Below are positions 62,301 to 64,000 of a stretch of 64,000 nt of DNA, one piece after another. Made by a program: the position numbers and the translations under genes. Position 1 is the first letter of the stretch; each line of letters opens with the position of its first letter. The notes below the pieces were generated by a model that had not been told where the DNA came from, searched no databases, and was given only the letters and a program-made list of their open reading frames with translations. This stretch comes from Octopus bimaculoides. Taxonomy: Eukaryota. The stretch lies in assembly GCF_001194135.2 (NCBI RefSeq), contig NC_069003.1, forward strand, positions 28,469,126 through 28,533,125. The letters run 5' to 3'.

Positions 62301-64000
62301 ATTTTTATTGCGTGTGAGTGCGTGTTTCTGCTATGTGTCTGTGTATTTGTGGATTTGGCAGGTGTGTGGTGAACTGGAAGCAAATTCTAAACGATTTTGT
62401 TTTTGTAAACTCGGGTTTGAAATAATTTAAGGGAGCGTACGCGTGTTTGCATGCTTAGGGAATGGTAAATTAGGAAAAAAAAAATCTAATTTAAACGGAT
62501 AAAATGAATAACAGCAAACGAACTGAAAGAATACCTAGGAGCGAAGTCAAAGGGTGAAAGTTTGCTGTAGAAGTTAAGGTTAGGATCAATTGACTCGAGT
62601 TGAAGTATCATTTACAAGGGTTGGTGGAGGTGTTGGTGTCAGAGTGTGTGTTGAATGTGTATAGATTTGGTAGAATCAGGCACCTGGAATTCTGAAGATT
62701 TTCCTACCATTTCCTATTCCCTCACATACAACACTGCCATCGATATATATTCACACCTTGCTAACCTTTACCTTAAATTCGTCAGCTAATTGTCATTGTT
62801 TGACATCACAGCTAAAGTCACTTTAATTTCCTTTTTCTATTATTTTGTATTTTATTATTGAAAGTGAGATATATTTCTCATTTGTAATTTGCCTAAGAGA
62901 ACTCGCAACACGCACACAAGCATTCGCCAAGAGAATGACCACACCTTTAAGAATTTATTTCAAACATGATTTCTAACAATAAAAATCTTTTAGAATTTAA
63001 TTGCAATTTAGCACACACCTGCCGAATCAATAAACATGCAAACACACGCACACACACAAACCCACCCACACATACATTCACACGGCCGCACATGCACACG
63101 CAGAAACATACACATTCACAAGCACACGTGCAAATATGCACATTCATTCAAACATTAAAAAAAAAACACAATAATACCATCAAATTCCTCTTACTAAATA
63201 TAAAAACTAAATAGCTTCAGCAAAAATACGAATGTGATAAAAGTAAATAAACCCTTATCCTGATTAACAAAACTCATTAATCTATACACTCCATCACTGA
63301 TCTTTACATAACATTCCCACGTTCCAAATATTTCATCACTTCGAAGATTTCCAACCGAAATGAAACGAGTGCAAAGCTTCAAATAGCACAATTTGAAAGA
63401 TACAATTCTTACCGCTCTGTTATCCAGTATTGAGTTCTCGTTATCCTAGAGGTAGTACTACCAAGTACAATTTGCTGCGATAATTATAAAGACGGTTAAG
63501 GTGTTGAATCGCATATGCTTAATTTTCGTATATTTAGTGTCGTTGGTTTACGGCACTTGGAAATGTAAGAGTAAATATAGATATAGATTTATATCTTATA
63601 TGATTAATCGACGTATACTTAGTGCAATTGGCTTTTGGCGTCTTGAAATGCCAGTCTAAAAATTGCGGGCAGTTAAAAATTGCGCTGCATTGTCTTCAAA
63701 GTTGCCGAAAGTAAGTCTTGTTAGTTAGTTATGGAAATGTAATTATAAGAAACTTCATGAAATTCACATAAGAGAACAAGTTTTATAAAGTAGAAATTTA
63801 TAAGTACAGTACCATTATAGCACGGATTATCAATTATATACGAGTTGCATTCCAGGTGGTTTGAGATAATTTTAGTGTCAAATCCTACGTTTTAAGTAGG
63901 GATTGAGCAATTACTTCAACTTGCCAAGCGGTTTCATTCTACGGGCAACAGTCCGGATACGTATTGATGAGACCTCGTGTGTATATATATATATATATAT

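Noticed and set aside
63623-63711. Plus-strand exon ending at a gtaagt donor
   Set aside because: All three frames contain stops. At best a UTR exon, with no other support.

Overview
AT-rich, repeat-dense eukaryotic DNA from a gapped short-read assembly, with about 20 N-gaps, most flanked by (TA)n/(CA)n microsatellites. The SINE families point to a cephalopod, probably Octopus; this is an inference from repeat content. No complete recognisable gene, rRNA, genuine tRNA gene or CRISPR array is present, and most listed ORFs are microsatellite or gap artefacts. The window holds many tRNA-derived SINE copies of at least four families, decayed Tc1/mariner DNA transposons (mariner, DD37D maT-like, DUF4817-type, one small MITE), and fragments of RLE-type (R4/Dong-like, CRE-like), RTE and probable Penelope-like (PLE) retroelements. 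A few minus-strand exon candidates encode unidentified proteins. The most interesting structure is an insertion at 12941-13505 inside a mariner relic, bounded by an exact 12-bp target-site duplication. It consists of two head-to-head copies of a Pol III tRNA-headed element whose tail carries a minimal Penelope-type hammerhead ribozyme fold. Two further, unrelated hammerhead-like motifs occur at 53623-53658 (+) and 61806-61845 (-).
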